Assembly: GCA_965202585.1 (NCBI GenBank)
Contig: OZ241831.1
Coordinates: forward strand, 19,034,001-19,098,000
Length of the DNA stretch: 64,000 nucleotides
Source of the DNA: Thalia democratica
Taxonomy: Eukaryota
Direction: 5' to 3'
Below the pieces are notes generated by a model, which was not told the origin of the DNA, did not search any database, and worked only from the letters and a program-made list of their open reading frames with translations. The translations under genes were made by a program, and so were the position numbers. Below are positions 12,404 to 23,853 of the stretch, piece by piece. The first letter of the stretch is position 1, and every line of letters starts with the position of its first letter.

Positions 12404-13343
12404 CCTGGTTGCCAAACAGCTAAGGCACTCAGGATATTTTGTAGTTAATAAAAATCTCTATTTATTGTGTAGAATTCTATTTTCAACTGAGGCTGACTCA
12501 AGGTAGTTTTGTTTATTTTATTAATATAACAGAATAGTTTCAAGATTTTTAAAGAATTTTGAATCAGATTTTGAATTAAATTTTAACCAAAGTCTCTTCA
12601 ACCTTGAAAATCCATCCTCAAATATGCAAATTTTTGCAACTTTTTCAAATGATTTTCATTAATGATAACTTTCAAAGTTCATTATTGATAAGTGAATTAT
12701 CTTTTTTAATTTTAAAGCAGAAAGCATACAACTAAACAAGAAAACATATTTTCTTCATGGTAATAAATAAATAAATGAAAAAAAAAAGTTATGGACTTAG
12801 GGTATTGGTTAGGGGTAACTGTGATAGTAATAATTAAAAATAACAAGTAGACAATAAAAATTGTTAATACAAAGATAAAAAAAGTTACTAACCAAGGGTT
12901 AGGGGTAACAGTGATAGTAAAAAAAGATAATTAAAATAAATTAAATTTAGTTAAAAAGCATTGTAAATTGTAAGCATAAAATATTTTTATAAGTATGCTT
13001 AAGCTCAAAATAAGAAGTTTATTGAAGAAAAAAGTCTAATTTTAAAGTTTAAATAAATACTTTTTCTAACATTTTTATTTGAATTAAATTTTTATTCATA
13101 ACCTACAAAGTAATCTAATCTGTTTACATGTTTTTTTTTGTTTAAAATAATAGAAAAATGTAAGCTTAAAATATTTTTAAAAAGAGGCTTATGCTGAAAA
13201 GAAGTTTATCAAAAAAAGTCTAATTTTAAATTAAAAAAAAAAATCTTCCTAACTTTTTTATTTGAAATGAATTTTTTATTCATAATCTACAAAGTAATCT
13301 AAACCGTTTAACATGTTTTTTGTAACTAAAAGTGGCAACCTAG
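12404..13343. mobile_element. Putative non-autonomous DNA transposon with GGTTGCCA termini and internal duplications
   Basis: CCTGGTTGCCA at 12404 and TGGCAACCTAG ending at 13343; flanks ATTTTG and ATTTTA (5 of 6 match). Internal about 170-bp tandem duplication (12968-13140 and 13158-13322) and a repeated GGTTAGGGGTAAC.GTGATAGTAA. Confidence 0.4.
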
Positions 13344-14010
13344 ATTTTAGATATGAAGTCCTTTTGTTATAAATATGATATTTTTTGGTAATTTAATTGA
13401 TATACTTTTTTTTTTTGGTTTGTACTACTTTTTAAAAATTTTCTCGTTAACTCAAGCGAGTTTGATGTAACTCAGTAAGTTTTTGGTTACTTAAACTAGC
13501 TTTTTTTGCTTCAAAGAGTGACAACCTTGTGTTAAACATGGAACATAAATCAAGACTGATTTTTAACCTTTCAGGTGATTTGCTTCTTTCCTAAAAACTC
13601 AATTTAGCTTTTTACTGTTTATTTTTTATATCTTAAAATATATTATTGTGTAATAAATGTTGAAGACAACTTATAATTTTCATTAAACTTTATAACACAA
13701 AACTAATTATGATAAAAATTAAAAAAACTCCTTTTCTATAACTAGAATAAAGTTATGATAAAAACAAAATTATCTGATGTCATTAGCTAAGTTGTGGTAA
13801 AAACTAGGAAGTAATTAAAGGTCAGGCACTAGATTGACCCTATAGTGTAGTGTTGTCACTCGTGCTAGTTTAAAGTTTTTTTTTAAACTTTTTATTTTAC
13901 AAAACTAAATTTTGTTTGGATATTTTTCCTAAACCTTAAACTATTTTATAGACTTTTAGTCTTTTTTTTTTATAAGTTGTAATTTTACTAAACCCATTTC
14001 TAATTACTTA

Positions 14011-14419
14011 CAGGGTTGCCACTTCACCTGGAAACCTGGAAAAACCTGGAATTTGACAATTTAGGCTAAAATAACATGGAAAAACCTGGAATTTGAGAAA
14101 TTTTGAAAAAAACCTGGAATTTTGATCAAAAATCAGAGTTTTTAAAAATATTAACATTTTTAGGTGTAAAATTTTGATTTGACACAAAAAATCTATCATA
14201 TAATTAAGATTGTTTGTCATCATCAAACAATTTTTTTATTATCTAGTATATTTAAAGTAACTTTACAGTATCTTTTCAATATTTTTATACTATTTAACAC
14301 AGTTTCTTTATAGAAATTAACTTAAAACTAAAACTAGACCCAAAAATGTGTACTTTTAAAAACCTGGAAGAAATTTTGAAAACCTGGAAAAAAATTTGAT
14401 AAAATGAGTGGCAACCCTG
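14011..14419 (+). mobile_element. MITE, 409 bp, with perfect 13-bp TIR and 6-bp TSD
   Basis: CAGGGTTGCCACT / AGTGGCAACCCTG; TACTTA on both flanks; multiple AAAACCTGGAA subterminal repeats. Confidence 0.9.
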
Positions 14420-14879
14420 TACTTAATTTTTAAGAGCATAGGGGACATTAAACAATATTTTTTACAATTTGATCTTATTTTGTAGAGTTTTAACGGAGTT
14501 ACAAGTAGCTTTTCAAAGATATTAAAATTCTAACTAGATTTTGATATATAGCCAGTTAAAGTTGAAGAGTACAATAGGTTTCTTTTATGGGAGGAGAAAA
14601 CTAAAGTAGGGAATAAATTGATATCACTAAAAATATATCTCCTCTAAGACAAGTTCCTCAAATTTTCAGCAAATCTTTCTTGCAATAAAAAATCTATAAA
14701 AATACATACATTAAAAAAAATCCACATTGCATATCAGTTATATCACATCTAATGAAGCTCTTTGTTTACAAACAAGTAAAAATGTATTAATGTTTGTGAA
14801 AAGTTATATATACTTTTTAAGTTCAGATATATTTAGACCTTTTAATGCAATTAAGTACCATTTAACTACAAGACAAACA

Positions 14880-15322
14880 AATTTTTTCATTATAAACTTT
14901 ATTAAAACTTAAGCGCTTTCGGAATGTCCAAATTCCCTTATCAAAATACTAAACACTCTCTAGTTAAACTAAGACAAAATAAATTGAGTGAAATTATATC
15001 ATTTGTAAAAAACACAACTAATTAAAACGACAAGTAATTAACAAAAATGGATTTTTATAAACAATTAAAACAAAATGGATTATTTAAACACATTAATAGT
15101 TACTCTTGATCCTTTATCAGGACCAAGCTGATTATTCAAATTTGGCTGGAATTTTTTTATGAGTAGAGCTTCAGAAGATAATAATTCATTATACGAAGTG
15201 CACGTTTTAATAACCTTGAAACAATTATAAATATTTTTACAATTAGTAAAAAATACACAATTTTCAATATGTTTAAACACCGCAACATTAAGTTGTTCAG
15301 TCTTTTTGAAAAAAAAATTCAA
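14880..15322 (-). mobile_element. 5'-truncated Penelope-like retroelement: GIY-YIG C-terminus plus 3' tail
   Basis: ORF 15080-15322 reads AVFKHIENC...C...FKVIKTC...ELLSSEALLIKKFQPNLNNQ, the typical end of a Penelope endonuclease domain. A hammerhead-like motif follows downstream on the same strand. Confidence 0.75.
14903..14952 (-). ncRNA. Minimal type-I hammerhead ribozyme-like motif
   Basis: Minus strand: UUGAUAA-G-GGAAU(UUGGAC)AUUCC-GAAA-GCGC-UU. Perfect 5-bp stem II and palindromic AAGCGCUU stem III region; stem I is imperfect. Confidence 0.6.
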
Positions 15323-15455
15323 CCGCCAGTACTTACTGCTATATTTAGAATTTAACTTGGATTTATTTTTTAATAAAAAAAGTATAGTTTTTCCAACAAT
15401 AGCATAAAAGTATTAATAATAATTGGATTATTTTTACAGAACTCGTAACTTAATA

Positions 15456-16937
15456 ATGATCAGGTCTGGCTGCAAACTTTTAAAAACTCCATTGAGAGCA
15501 TCCTTTGCATCATCTCAGTACAGTACAGATGCTGATCTCGTTGTAATAGGATCGGGTCCAGGTGGGTATGTTGCTGCTATCAAAGCTGCACAGCTTGGTT
15601 TGAAAACTGTTTGTGTTGAAAAGGAATCTACATTAGGTGGTACTTGCCTTAATGTTGGTTGTATTCCTTCTAAAGCTCTTCTAAACAACTCTCATTACTA
15701 TCAAATGGCTTCTGGAAAAGATTTTGCTAGCCGTGGTATTGAAACAACAGTAAAACTTAATTTACCAAAAATGATGGAACAAAAAACTAAAGCTGTCAGT
15801 GGACTAACTTCTGGGATTGCTGGTCTTTTCAAAGCAAATAAAGTAACTAGAGTTGATGGTTTTGGTTCTGTCAGTGGTCCAAATGAAGTTACAGTTGCAA
15901 AGTCTGATGGGGGATCTGAAAAAATTACAACTAAAAATATTCTTCTTGCTACTGGTTCTGAAGTTACACCATTTCCAGGCATTGAAATAGATGAGAAAAG
16001 TATTATATCATCTACAGGAGCATTATCCCTTGATAAGGTACCAAAAAGTATGATAATCATAGGTGCAGGTGTGATTGGTGTAGAACTTGGATCTGTATGG
16101 TCTAGATTAGGAGCAAAAGTTACAGCAGTAGAGTTTTTAGGTCATGTTGGTGGAATGGGGATTGATGCTGAAGTGTCTAAAAACTTTGAACGCACTCTCA
16201 AAAAACAAGGTTTAAAATTTAAGCTTAACACAAAAGTCATATCTGCTTCTAAAACTAGTGATGGAATGATTCAAGTAAATGTTGAGTCTGCTAAAGGTGG
16301 CAAAGCAGAAACAATGGAGTGTGAAGTTTTACTAGTTTGCATTGGTAGAAGGCCTCTTACAAAAAGTATTGGATTAGAAAATGTTGGAATTGAAACAGAT
16401 AAGGCAGGAAGAGTTCCAGTTAATGAGAGGTTTCAGACAAGTGTTCCAAACATTTATGCTATTGGAGACATAGTAGATGGTCCAATGCTTGCTCACAAAG
16501 CAGAAGATGAAGGTATCATCTGTGTAGAAGGTATGACTGGTGCTCCTGTTCACATTGACTACAACTGTGTTCCATCAGTCATCTACACTCATCCTGAAGT
16601 TGCTTGGGTTGGCAAAAATGAGGAGGATCTTAAAGCTGCTGGTGTTCCTTACAAAGTAGGAAAGTTTCCTTTTGCTGCCAACAGCAGAGCAAAAACCAAT
16701 GCTGATACCGATGGATTTGTAAAAGTACTAAGTCACAAGGAATCAGATAAGATGTTGGGAGTTCACATGGTTGGAACAGGAACTGGAGAACTTATCAATG
16801 AAGCTGTTCTTGCAATGGAATATGGAGCATCAGCTGAAGATGTGGCCAGAGTTTGTCATGCTCATCCAACCTTGTCTGAGGCTGTTAGAGAAGCAGCATT
16901 AATGGCATACTGTGGAAAGCCAATAAACAATGTCTGA
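15456..16937 (+). CDS. DLD: Dihydrolipoamide dehydrogenase (E3), mitochondrial; 493 aa from the ATG at 15456; uninterrupted CDS
   Basis: FAD motif GSGPGG, redox-active [14 protein letters not shown] motif GAGVIG and C-terminal HAHPTLSE. Basic/hydroxylated presequence-like N-terminus [17 protein letters not shown]. The ORF track's TTG start at 15423 lies upstream of a TTTTTACAG acceptor ending at 15439. Confidence 0.97.
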   Translation: MIRSGCKLLKTPLRASFASSQYSTDADLVVIGSGPGGYVAAIKAAQLGLKTVCVEKESTLGGTCLNVGCIPSKALLNNSHYYQMASGKDFASRGIETTVKLNLPKMMEQKTKAVSGLTSGIAGLFKANKVTRVDGFGSVSGPNEVTVAKSDGGSEKITTKNILLATGSEVTPFPGIEIDEKSIISSTGALSLDKVPKSMIIIGAGVIGVELGSVWSRLGAKVTAVEFLGHVGGMGIDAEVSKNFERTLKKQGLKFKLNTKVISASKTSDGMIQVNVESAKGGKAETMECEVLLVCIGRRPLTKSIGLENVGIETDKAGRVPVNERFQTSVPNIYAIGDIVDGPMLAHKAEDEGIICVEGMTGAPVHIDYNCVPSVIYTHPEVAWVGKNEEDLKAAGVPYKVGKFPFAANSRAKTNADTDGFVKVLSHKESDKMLGVHMVGTGTGELINEAVLAMEYGASAEDVARVCHAHPTLSEAVREAALMAYCGKPINNV

Positions 16938-19739
16938 AAATATTTATCATTATACACAACAAAACTCTGGTGATTTTTTTTATAATTTCAAAGGTTATAG
17001 AAAAATTTTTGCATGATTTCTAAGTAGAAATTTATTTTAATGTATATAACTTAATATTTTAAATACTCAAAGTTTTAATTTAGTTTTCTATATTGATCAC
17101 AAAAATTCTTAATATTTTCAAGTACTTTAAACAAACATTTTAATTACTTTTCTGCAGTAAAAGTAAAACAAAATTATTTAGACAATTATTAATAAGTTAA
17201 GTTTAGAAAATAGTAATATTTAATTTTTGCAAAGATACGATTGTTGTGCTGTTATGAATTTTAAAACATTGCACTTTATTTATGAATCTCTAACACCCGA
17301 TTGTATTTTAGTATTTAAGTAAAGTTTAGTAACAAAAAAGTAGTTCAAATACATGCTTTCTTATTAAATTGATATTATGATCTCATAGATTTGTTTTATA
17401 AGTTCAACTATTTGAATGATTTTTAAATGAGTTGATTACATTAGAAACTTTTATTTTATATTTAAATAAAATTATTTTCTAAGTTGTGTTTGTTATAACT
17501 TTAGTTTAGAACTTGAAAATTATAATAGGGATTGTTGAACAATAAAAACGGTATTTTTTATTTATGTAGTTTTAATAATTTATTTTAAACCCCGGCCTTA
17601 ATAAGTTTTACTAAAAGTAATTTTGAAGTTTATTTTAAATTTTGTTTTGTAAAAATAACATTCAAACAATACAATTAATAGTTTTTTTGAACAATATCTT
17701 CCTAACCTAGTTGAAAAAAAAAATCAACTACTTGCTGGACTAAATTGTACATCTTAAGTTATCAACTGTTAATATAAAAGTTACACTAAGAAAGAAATAA
17801 TGTTCAAATAGAAATGTTTAAAACAAATGTTTGCTTCATATAAGTCTGCTTACTATATGCTAATTTAAAATGTACTAATGTAGAGTATTATTTTAATGTC
17901 TAGTTATTTTTAAAAGCTTATTTAATCACAGGATTATTAAATAATTCGTACTAGCTTGTTATTTTTTCATAACTCCACAAATAATTCTTTTAACTTGAAT
18001 GACGTCGAGTTTCACTTTTCTCTGCATTTTCAATATTAGTCAATTTTTAATAAGATCTAAATTAACCGGACAAATATAAAGTTTTATCCAGATCCAACTA
18101 ATTGAAAGAAAAAGTTGTTAAAAAATATTTTTGTATCAAAAGAATTCCACTATATTAATAATAAAATAAATAAGCATAAACAAATTTACAGTATAAGTAT
18201 GTACTATAAAAGTAAGTTTACAAATATATATAAGTCTTTTCTCATTGTTGTAAAGTTCCGAAATAATTTAATCAGAAACTCAAAGGTACATTTTGTACTT
18301 GATAACTAATTTTGTCAATAAAAACATGTTGATAGATGTATAGTAAAGTCGTTTTATTTATTTCATTAGAAACCAATACTTATCTTATGTAGCGTTTTAG
18401 TCTTACTAAACATTTTATTATCACTTAGTTTTGTACACTTTCATTTTTTCATGCTAGAGTTTGGCAACTAAAAAATCAGGTTGAAAACGATTTGTGCTAA
18501 GCAACAAGCATGAGCGTTTCATGACAAATGTTCACTGAATCTGACATTCCGTACACAGTAGTACTTAAAAATGTGTTCAATAAAATTTTGTGTTGAAATA
18601 CTTTGAAAAAATAAAATTTAATATTCCGTAACTACGCGTCCAACCGGAGTTTTTTCTATCTGTGCAACCCAAAAAAGACTTCTGGTAAATCTAGCCCATC
18701 GACTAGAAGTTTTCATATCTATTTAAGAAAAAAGTTTAGAAGTTTAATTTTACACTTTTCTTTACTTACTCTGATCCGGAACCAACCAAGTCATGATTTG
18801 GAGAGATATGGTTCCGGTTGGATCTTAATTTCATAAAACAGTACGGATCCTATTTTTTGACCCGATTGAACACTACTTACCACACACTCTTGCTAGTTTA
18901 AAAAAAAATTATCGCTTGTTTTACATTATAAAGACTCTAGCTAGTTTTTTATTAGAAATAAAACTAGATAAGTTAATCAATTTTTTATTTTGCCATTTAA
19001 ATTATTTTCCGCTAGACTTATTTTAATATGACGTTTTTAAGCAAATAATTAAACTTAAAAAATGGTATTTTTAGCAAAAAATTATGTATCTGTTTCATTG
19101 TCGTATAATTACTATACTTGAAGATTTTAAAGATCGTCTTAGAAATAGATGAAAATCATTTTTAAATAAGGAAATTTTGTAAAAAAATTCTTTATTTAGA
19201 AAGTTCAAAACATAACTAATGATAAAATTATGTTTTGAACATACTAGGTCAAAATTTTCAAAAATTTTTCTTGTTTTAGAATGATTGTCTTGCCATAGAT
19301 AGGGTATATTTTTCTAAAATATAACAAAAATGTTGTTAATAAGCGAAGCAGTAAAATTAATTCAAACTAAACATATTTTTATTAATAAAATATAAAAATT
19401 TATTGAAAAGACAATGAAAGATTAAAATATTTAATTACAAGTATCTTAAGTTTTTATGTTGCAATTACAGTAGTAAAATCTATAAGATATGCAGTTAAAG
19501 AATACGTAATATATCTTGAAATTAGTTTATTTAAAAACTTTTAGAAAAAATGTGCATGATTTTCTATTTAACGAATGAAATTAACTGAACAAAAGCAGGA
19601 TCTTAATACGATTAATTCAAACATAATACTACTATTTTTCGAAAAATCTAACCACTTTAAATTAAGCTAGAAGAAAAAATAAATCAATATTAGCTGTCAT
19701 TGAAATTAAAATGGGATGAAGGTAGTCTTCCTCTTTTGA

Positions 19740-20012
19740 TTTTAAAGACCGGACAGGATTGAATTTTAGATAAACAATAAAACTTTGTGGAAAAACAATA
19801 AAACTGAACTAAACCATGAAATAAAAGACCAATTTGCTCTAATTATACATTATAATAAATTTCACAAAAACAATATACCAGAAAAGATAGAAAATGCCTA
19901 CACAGTCCAGTTTTTAGAATGCCCTATAAGAACTAACTTAGACTACACAGAACAACGGTGGATTAAAAAAACTAAGGCAAAAATTAATTTAAACAGTGTT
20001 TTTAAAGAATAG
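19740..20012 (+). mobile_element. Penelope-like GIY-YIG endonuclease remnant
   Basis: Reads DQFALIIHYNKFH...AYTVQFLECP...LDYTEQRWIKKTKAKINLN, matching the L..E..WI..L...IN ending; a degraded KTGQ precedes it. Confidence 0.5.
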
Positions 20013-21581
20013 TCTTAATAAAAAATTTAAAATGTCATCAAAAAAAAATTTTTTTTATCAAGTACAATACTAGGGGATTTTTTAATTGTTTGTTGTTTAT
20101 AGAAATAGTTTTTTTTAGTTACAGTAAACAAAAATAATTTTCTAAAGTGTCGTTTTCTCAGTTTCTCAAATTGAAAAATTATATCAAACTTTACTGACTA
20201 ATCTCAAATATAAGTGTTCCATTAATTTTGCAGTAAAAGTATGAAATTCAGTATTTTAATGATATGGTAGTTTTTAGTTTTATTTTAAATTTTACTAAAA
20301 ATATTTAATTTACGGTACTTAATTTTCTCTAGTTGCTAGTATATTTTTTTGTTTTCTACAGAATTGAAAATGTTTGCCTTTTAATAAACGAAAGATCTCT
20401 TCAAAGTGCTTGTATAAGACTGTGACTGATTTTTTTAATGGTTCTTACCCTTTTTATTTTGTTTAGCTGTCATTGGTGTAAAAAGGGTTGAGTTTGTGAC
20501 AAAGCTGTATGGTAGCATTTTTGTCAAGATTCCACTTTATACGTTTTTAGTATTCCTATTGTATTTAAATCTTTAAACAACACACTTTGACTGTTTAGTG
20601 TATATAGGTCTGTTATTTAAAATATTTATAATTAAAATTGCAGCTTTATATGAAAAAAAATCTAAAGCCTGGCAATCAAAAGAATCACATTGAAAACAAC
20701 CATCTAGTTTTAAAAGGATTATCCATCTTTATAGTTGTTGTTTTACTTATAAAACAAGTTACCCCTATTTTGAATAACATATATATTTCATTGTTACTTT
20801 CTTTCAGTTAAATTTCATTATTTATGATAACGTTAAAAAACGGGTCTATTGATAACTTTAACTTTATGTTACTTATTTATTCAATTTGTGCCATAAAATT
20901 TTTTTATAAGATACTTAGTATTTACAGCTCTTTGTTTTATTATAAATTTTTACAACTTTTATTAAACATTCAAGCGTTTTTTGCATTACAAATTTGTACA
21001 AAGAAAAAAAAGGCTATTATTATTTTGTAACTGTACTTTTTTGAATAAAATTAAAACTAACTTATGTACAAAAAAAAGTTTAAGGATAATTTAAATTTGT
21101 AATTACCGTATATCTGTATAAAAAAATTGTTTCTACAAGGTTTCTATAAACCACTGTATGTAGGTTAACTGTAAAGCAAAAAAGTAAATATAAGACTTTG
21201 TTAGTTTTGTTGTTTACAGTTTTAGACTGTTACGCTGCCTAAAAGTAAACATTACGTTTAATATATAAAAAATAAGAAAACATTAAGATTTTTTATTTAT
21301 TTTACGTGCAGTAGTAATGATTTAGTTTGTAAATTAAAAAAAAGTTAAATATTTTACTCATGTAAAAGATGACTTCCTGCTGGTTTGAGGGATATAAAAA
21401 AAATTTTCAACTTCTTAAATTGTAATAGAAACAAATTCTTAAATGTATTTTTAAAATTTGACAAAAACTGATAAAAATAATGATAATGTAGAACGAAACT
21501 GTTACTTATTTATCATAAAAACTTATTAAATAAGAAGAAAAAACTTTTGATCTGAAAAATATCAAAGTATAAGCTTTATAG

Positions 21582-21844
21582 CAGGGTTTCCCAATGTGGG
21601 CCATGACAGGTGTTCAGGGAGCCACGAGCAGCAAAGGGGGGGGGGCATGAGCAGTAAAGGAGCCACAGGGGATTCATGAGGTCATAATTTGAAACTTACA
21701 CTAGATATTCTTGAGTTAATGATGAAGAGCAAAAAAAACAAGTCTTAGGTGTTTTTAATAGTAGCTTGAGTAATATTGATGAAGGGGGCAATAGCTTTTA
21801 TATTTATTTAAAGGGGCCATTTGAAAATAGTTTGGGAAACCCTG
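21582..21844. mobile_element. hAT MITE, 263 bp
   Basis: Perfect 13-bp TIR CAGGGTTTCCCAA / TTGGGAAACCCTG; perfect 8-bp TSD CTTTATAG. Confidence 0.92.
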
Positions 21845-21951
21845 CTTTATAGAAGCGATTTTTTACTTTAAAAAAATATAAGTTTTTTGAAAATAGTGTA
21901 GTTCAGTACTGTTGTTGTACACTGTTGTCTTTTTTTTATGATCCTCTAGCA

Positions 21952-23779
21952 CAGTGGTTCCCAACCTTTTTGATGCCCCGCACCCCTAAAGTCTCTTAAT
22001 TTGATCTCGCACCCCTAACACTATATGCTATAACTATTTATTAATAATTTGATTATAAAATCATGGTTTTCATTAATTAATAATTTATATTTTAATTTTA
22101 TGACAGTGTACTATATTAACAAAAATAAAATACTTGGAAGTTCAAAATCATAACAAACTATATTTGAACAAGTTTTATCTATTTTTTATAAGGTAAAAAA
22201 CATCAGAACTCACTCTTCACTCTGCAACGATAAACGTTTTTTGAAGATCAAGCAAGTGAGTTTGGAGCTCAATACTTGTAATTCTACCTCTTCATTTTTA
22301 AACTAACTAAAAAAGTTAATTACTTTTCAATTAAACGAAAAAAAAATCTATCTTAATAAAACCTTTTTTTTTCAATTAACATTAATAAAAAATTAAACTA
22401 TTCTTATATATTTAATAAATAAATGACTTGTCGTTATACTCACGAGGTATATAACAATTTATTAAAATTCTATTCATGCAATATTATTTTGAAAAGATTA
22501 AGAACTTAATTTTAAATCTACTCTAAAGTTAATGACTTTTTTGTTTCTGTTTATTGCACAAAACTTTCTGAAAACATGGCATTTTGTTGCTGATGGCAAT
22601 TCGCATGTCTGGCTGTGCATTCAAGCAGTTTCTTGATTTAGTTTTTATTGACAAAAGAGTACTAAATCCAGACTCACACAAGTAAGTCGTCGCGAATGGA
22701 ATGAGAGTACTTAGTGCTTTTTTACCAAGTTTTGGAAACACATTCATTGAACAACACCAATATTGTTCAGAAGTTTTGCTTTCAAACTGCATTTTGAGAA
22801 AACGGTTCATGCATAATTCAATAAGTTCATCTTTTAAATATTCATCATCGGACATGTGTTCAAATTAAAATAATATGGATTTATTATCCATTCTTCATAA
22901 ATTTCCAGTTCTCCTATTTTAAAATATCCGTCAAATGACTTGGATAGTATTTCTAAATGGCTCATAATTGCTTCACGCACACTTGGAACTAAACTTTCAT
23001 CTTCATCAGTCACTTCTTCGAGTAATGGAAAATTTGATAAATTGCCTTTTTCAACTCGTCGACACCAAAGATTTAACTTTTTTTTGAAAGTATTTATTAC
23101 TTCACGACATTTTGAAATATTTACATTTATCCCTTGCATGAAAACACTCATGTCATTTAAGCGGCTGAAAATGTCACTTAAGTAAGCTAGTATTTGACTC
23201 CATTTCTTTGACATAATCATAGTCATGTTCCTTAAGAAAAGCTTTTACTTCTTTCCTCAATTCCAAATAGCGCGTTAAAGCTCTTCCACGTGATAGCCAG
23301 CGGACCTCCGTATGGAAAAGTAAAACTGAATGTTTACTACCATAATCTTGACACAACGACTTAAAAAGACGGTATTAAGCGCAAGACCTCTAATCCAGTT
23401 GATTGTCCTCACACAAATATCAAGGACATTTTTAAATTTTGAGGGCAAAGTTTTTGATGCCAAAGCATGTCGATGAAGAAAACAGTGAGTACCCTGCAAG
23501 TGCAGAATATCCTGTCTAACAGCTATTAAATTAAATTAGTAAAATGAATTTACTTCTAGAAAAGCGCTCTTGCTCTATGACGTATTAATAAAATTAATTT
23601 ATTCAGAAAATTAGTGCCAACTTCTTTTTATAAAAAATTGTACTTTTTAACTTTATAAACTTTATCAGAGAGTGAAAATCTCCTAATTTATCATACAAAA
23701 ATGAAAAGCCATCTCGCACCCCCTGGAATGCTGCCTCGCACCCCCAAGGGGTGCGAGCACCCCTGGTTGGGAACCCCTG
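21952..23779 (-). mobile_element. Internally deleted hAT (Buster/Charlie, ZBED5/8-like) transposon, 1828 bp
   Basis: TIRs CAGTGGTTCCCAACC / GGTTGGGAACCCCTG (14 of 15 match); perfect 8-bp TSD CTCTAGCA; GCACCCC subterminal repeats. Confidence 0.95.
22529..23510 (-). pseudogene. Frameshifted C-terminal half of a Buster-type transposase
   Basis: HCFLHRHALASK, LLFHTEVRWLSRG, LAYLSDIFSRLN, WIINP and the dimerization motif IPFATTYLCESGFS are spread over four ORF fragments. Confidence 0.92.
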
Positions 23780-23853
23780 CTCTAGCATAACAAACAGTGT
23801 TAAATAAAAGTTTTTTAATAGTTTACTGAAAACAATTTATTCATATTATCTTA

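Noticed and set aside
12790-12920. TTAGGG-containing motifs as telomeric repeats
   Set aside because: Only isolated copies inside a roughly 24-bp direct repeat; no tandem array.
14008-14226. 72-aa ORF, and similarly 36162-36371
   Set aside because: These lie within non-coding MITEs.
15423-15455. TTG-initiated N-terminal extension of DLD in the ORF track
   Set aside because: Non-ATG start overlapping a polypyrimidine/AG acceptor; the ATG at 15456 gives a proper presequence-like N-terminus.
15701-16060. 119-aa minus-strand ORF
   Set aside because: Antisense shadow of DLD.
15456-16937. Bacterial contamination or horizontal transfer as the reason DLD lacks introns
   Set aside because: It has a mitochondrial-type presequence, host-like AT-rich codons, CpG depletion and eukaryotic TE-rich flanks.
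18455-18875. Possible MITE (TAGAGTT...GAACACTA with internal CCGGAACC inverted motifs)
   Set aside because: Termini match poorly and there is no TSD; probably TE-derived but not delimitable.
20360-20520. Acceptor-flanked segments as missing REPS N-terminal exons
   Set aside because: Translations show no resemblance to an EH-like domain.
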